DNA of 63,986 nucleotides, the filler included, from Licmophora abbreviata (lineage: Eukaryota), in assembly GCA_900291995.1 (NCBI GenBank). It is 17 parts of 17 records of this genome, joined end to end, with 100 filler letters (N's around TTAATTAATTAA, not from the genome) between each part and the next. Parts side by side here need not be neighbours in the genome. Positions count along the whole stretch, not along the records: positions 58,822 to 61,498 come from OLMU01001092.1; positions 61,599 to 62,781 come from OLMU01001093.1; positions 62,882 to 63,986 come from OLMU01001109.1; 14 more parts are not named here. One strand, 5' to 3'. The position numbers and the translations under genes were made by a program. Below are positions 60,712-63,986 of the stretch, piece after piece (the first letter of the stretch is position 1; every line of letters begins with the position of its first letter). Under the pieces are notes generated by a model. It searched no databases and had not been told where the DNA came from. It worked only from the letters and a program-made list of their open reading frames with translations.

Positions 60712-61359
60712 TCAGGCCACCAGCATCCTGAGGCCCTGGGTCACGTCCGAGCGCACCGCGAGGCGCAGCCCCGGTTCGTCCCCGGCCTTGAGCGCGCTGA
60801 TGATGAGCCGGTGGTAATGCGGCGGGTCCTTGCGGCTGAGCCGGCCATAGAGCGCACGCATGGTCGGCCCAAGCTGCAGCCAGACGGTTTCGGCCATGGC
60901 CAGCATGGCGGGCGCCTGTGCACGCAGATAGAGCGTGCGGTGAAACTCGAGATTGCGGCGGATATAGCCGACCGCGTCCTGCCGGGCGATATCGTCGGCG
61001 ATCCGGGAGTTGATGCTTTGCAGCCGCTCGATCAGGGCGATATGGGCGCGCGGCAAGGCACGGCTGGCCAGCTCCACCTCAAGCAGGGCACGCAGGGCGG
61101 CCAGTTCCTCGATCCGTTCATTGCTGAGTTCGGGGGTGGTGACACGGCCCGAGCTGGAAATGGTCAGCGCGCCTTCGGCCGAGAGGCGGCGCACGGCCTC
61201 GCGCGCGGGCGTCATCGAGACGTCGAATTCCGCGCCGATGCCACGTAGCGTCAGCGACAGGCCGGGGGCCAGTTCGCCATGCATGATGCGGCTGCGCAGG
61301 CCGCGATAGACGCGGTCATGGGCAGATGGGGCGGGATCTGGGCGCGGGTTGAGCAACAT
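60712..61359 (-). CDS. GntR-family regulator (FCD domain)
   Basis: VSMTPAREAVRRL HTH, NLEFH. Confidence 0.9.
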   Translation of the reverse strand: MLLNPRPDPAPSAHDRVYRGLRSRIMHGELAPGLSLTLRGIGAEFDVSMTPAREAVRRLSAEGALTISSSGRVTTPELSNERIEELAALRALLEVELASRALPRAHIALIERLQSINSRIADDIARQDAVGYIRRNLEFHRTLYLRAQAPAMLAMAETVWLQLGPTMRALYGRLSRKDPPHYHRLIISALKAGDEPGLRLAVRSDVTQGLRMLVA

Positions 61360-61366
61360 GCCCTAT

Positions 61367-61378
61367 TTGTGATCACAA
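61367..61378. promoter_or_regulatory. Perfect palindrome, candidate GntR autoregulatory operator
   Basis: TTGTGATCACAA, 7 bp upstream of the GntR start codon. Confidence 0.55.
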
Positions 61379-61406
61379 GCGGCGCCCGGGTCAATCGCTG
61401 AAACGC

Positions 61407-62185
61407 TCAGCCGTCGAAACGGTAGCGGTGCAGATCGGTGCCATGCTGGCGCAACCACTGGCGCGGCGCGTGGTATCCGGGGCAGAGCCGCGCCACCANN
61501 NNNNNNNNNNNNNNNNNNNNNNNNNNNNNNNNNNNNNNNNNNTTAATTAATTAANNNNNNNNNNNNNNNNNNNNNNNNNNNNNNNNNNNNNNNNNNNNGG
61601 CGAGTGGTACATCTCGGCGAGATGCGCCACCTCGTGGGCGGCGACGTAATCGAGCACCACGGGCGGGGCCATCACCAGCCGCCAAGAATACATCAGCCCC
61701 CCCGCAGAGGTGCAAGACCCCCACCGGGAGCGCGTGTCACGCAGGCTGAGCCGCGCATAGGGCCGGCCCAGAGCCTGCGCATGGCGGTCCGAGGCCTGCG
61801 CCAGACGCTCGCGCGCAAGGGTCTTGAGCCAGGCCTGAAGGCGGGTGGGCATATGCTCGGGCGGGCCGGGCAATGTGATGCTTTGGGCGTCGAGCACGAT
61901 TCGCTTGCCCGAACCGCGCAGGATCAGGCGGGGCTGGCCTTCGACGGGCAGGCGCACGCCTTCGGTGACGGGGATGCTGTCGGGTTGTGTGGACAGTTGT
62001 GCGCGCAGCCAGCTTTCCTTGGTGCGGGCGAAATCCAGCGCCTCGCCCTCGCGCACGCCACGCGGCAGGGTCAGTGTCACTCGCCCGTCAAGCCGCGACA
62101 CGCGCAGCGAAATCCGCCGCGCCCGAGGGGAACGGCGCAGGATCAGTTCCACAGGGGGGTTGCCCGGCAGGATGTGGTGGCCCAT
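61407..62185 (-). CDS. M48/YgjP-like (SprT-family) zinc metalloprotease (linker 61499-61598)
   Basis: RSRWGSC, DYVAAHEVAHL (HEXXH). Confidence 0.88.
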
Positions 62186-62301
62186 ATGCCCTCGTGGTCG
62201 GCGCGATGCGCGGGTTTGCTTAAAGGCTTTGACACCTCCCCCGCGTTATGGCAGGTGGCGCAGACCGTCGACAAGACAGAAAGATTTGAAGGGGATTGCC
62301 C

Positions 62302-62628
62302 ATGCCCAAGGAAGAATGGGGCGTCAAGCGACTTTGCCCGACAACCGGCAAGCGGTTCTATGACCTGAACAAGAACCCCATTGTCAGCCCGTATACGGGC
62401 GAGGTCGTCGAGATCCATTCCGGCAAGAGCCGGTCGATCACGGCAGATGACGAAGACGCCGAAACGAAGAAGCTGAAGGCCACGGATGTCGATGACGAGT
62501 CATCCGTGCTGGATGATGATGATGTCGATGTCGATCTTGGCGACGACGTTCTGGATGATGACGACGATGACGACAATGTGTCGTTGGATGACATCGCCGA
62601 TGTGTCGAGTGAAGACAGCGACAACTGA
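62302..62628 (+). CDS. TIGR02300 / FYDLN-acid family protein
   Basis: WGVKRLCPTTGKRFYDLNK plus acidic tail. Confidence 0.92.
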   Translation: MPKEEWGVKRLCPTTGKRFYDLNKNPIVSPYTGEVVEIHSGKSRSITADDEDAETKKLKATDVDDESSVLDDDDVDVDLGDDVLDDDDDDDNVSLDDIADVSSEDSDN

Positions 62629-62716
62629 TTGCGAAAGGGCGGGATTTTCTACTTGATCCCGCCTGCCGCTTTGCCTAGATAGCGGCGACGACGGGCCGGG
62701 AACGGCTTGTTTCTAT

Positions 62717-62722
62717 GGGGCC

Positions 62723-62772
<50 letters not shown>

Positions 62773-62781
62773 GATCCCCCT
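62717..62781 (+). tRNA. tRNA-Ala(GGC), 3' end truncated by the gap
   Basis: GGGGCCTTAGCTCAGCTGGGAGAGCG, anticodon arm CTTGC-ATGGCAT-GCAAG, T-loop GGTTCGATCC. Confidence 0.93.
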
Positions 62782-62881
62782 NNNNNNNNNNNNNNNNNNN
62801 NNNNNNNNNNNNNNNNNNNNNNNNNTTAATTAATTAANNNNNNNNNNNNNNNNNNNNNNNNNNNNNNNNNNNNNNNNNNNN

Positions 62882-63768
62882 TTCACCGCGTCCGACAGTT
62901 CATAGATCGGCTGTGGAACCATGACCGGCCAGCCCGTCTCGGGCACAAAGGTGATCCCCGCGATCATGTCCATCTGCATGGGCGGAGAAAAGAACATCTC
63001 GACCCCGGTCTCGCGGTTCAGCATCCGCCGCACCGCCGAGATACCCGAAGCATCCACCATGTTTTCCTCGACCTTGGGCGACGGGTGCGCGATGGCGCGC
63101 CCGAACTGATCGAAGATCGCCGAATGCCCGAACTCACCAAAGGCGATGGCCCTCTGCACCGCCTTGATGTAGTCGGTCCTCATATAGCCGATCGCAAGCC
63201 TCCGATCGGGAAGCTCGAACCCCAGAACGAAATATTTGTCTTCCCCGATGCGTTGCAGACCTGAAATCTGAACGCCGCCGAGGCTCGCATTGGTGCCCGC
63301 GCGCAGATCATCCAATACCGCTTGCTCTGGTAGGGGCAAATTTTGGCCCAACCAATTGGGCGGGGGCTGGTCCGCTGCGAAGGTTGGCAACAAGGCCATG
63401 CTCTCCACGTTTAGCGATTCCAGCAATGACATATGGGCAACCCGCGTCTCTTGGCTATTGTTGTTGCTGACTTCGGTCGCCGCATGGGCAAAAACACGCG
63501 CCACATCCGTGACATAGCGTGACAGCGACAACGACACGTTCTGTGCGATCACAAGATGTTTTTCCTGCGTTCGCTCGATCTCGGTGTTCATGAAGGTGCG
63601 ATAGTTCCATAGCTGGATCACCAACGCGAACACCAGGATTGCGGCCAGAACCATCACGGCAATCTGTTGTTGCAGGGGCCAGACCCATCCCTTGATACGG
63701 GTCTGCTTTACCGCGCTCCCAGACAGTTCTGGCAGCGTCCGCTCGGGTGTATTTGCGTGCGCGCTCAC
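62882..63768 (-). CDS. Membrane signalling protein with a Cache-like extracellular domain, 5' fragment (output domain lost in gap)
   Basis: N-terminal TM; FGEFGHSAIFDQFGRAIAHP...VPETGWPVMVPQP typical of Cache domains. Confidence 0.7.
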
Positions 63769-63986
63769 GACACCTCCTGAGGTTACCTGCGCTGACTATA
63801 CACTCAAGGGTTTATCGAACCAGTCCCGTTGGTCTGATGCTGTATCAGACCAAAGTCCGATATGCCGGGTCCCACCGTCGCGCTGCGGTCGCTCGATGCT
63901 CGGGTGGTGCGGGCTTGATGGTCCGGGTGCTGCCACGGACGAAGGTCTGATTTTTGATCCGACATAGCGTGGAAGGCCGATCCGTG

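Noticed and set aside
62480..62610. GAT/GAC-rich low-complexity repeat
   Set aside because: It simply encodes the Asp-rich tail typical of TIGR02300 proteins.
4461..62881. Sixteen identical TTAATTAATTAA motifs as a biological repeat or CtrA sites
   Set aside because: Each is centred in N-runs within a fixed 100-bp block; this is an artificial six-frame-stop contig linker.

Overview
High-GC alphaproteobacterial chromosome segment; gene content points to the Roseobacter group (Rhodobacteraceae). It is a draft scaffold: 16 artificial 100-bp linkers (N44-TTAATTAATTAA-N44) interrupt genes, several hide far more than 100 bp, and five genes carry net frameshifts that look like sequencing errors. 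Housekeeping genes include recQ, yaaA, serA/serC/serB, polA, accA, gabD and tRNA-Ala(GGC). Other modules are a bacterial voltage-gated Na+ channel, a four-gene Anbu / transglutaminase / alpha-E / CP-ATP-grasp operon, a MoxR-DUF58-BatA/DUF4159 cluster, glcDEF, tandem trypsin-like proteases, ibpA with an RpoH promoter and ROSE thermometer, a creatinase, and a taurine-to-sulfite cluster (tpa, tauR, xsc, pta, soeABC). Best leads: (i) a secreted iota-class carbonic-anhydrase-like gene with an 11-bp-periodic OmpR/PhoB-type box array, next to an uncharacterised two-component system; (ii) a dispersed ~100-bp intergenic element in 3 copies built on 11-bp-period TCGG units; (iii) a 51-aa membrane gene missed by the ORF track and translationally coupled between soeA and soeB; (iv) the Anbu operon with NtrC-like sites; (v) a Shine-Dalgarno-occluding hairpin before the creatinase. 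No CRISPR array, transposase, integrase or rRNA was seen.
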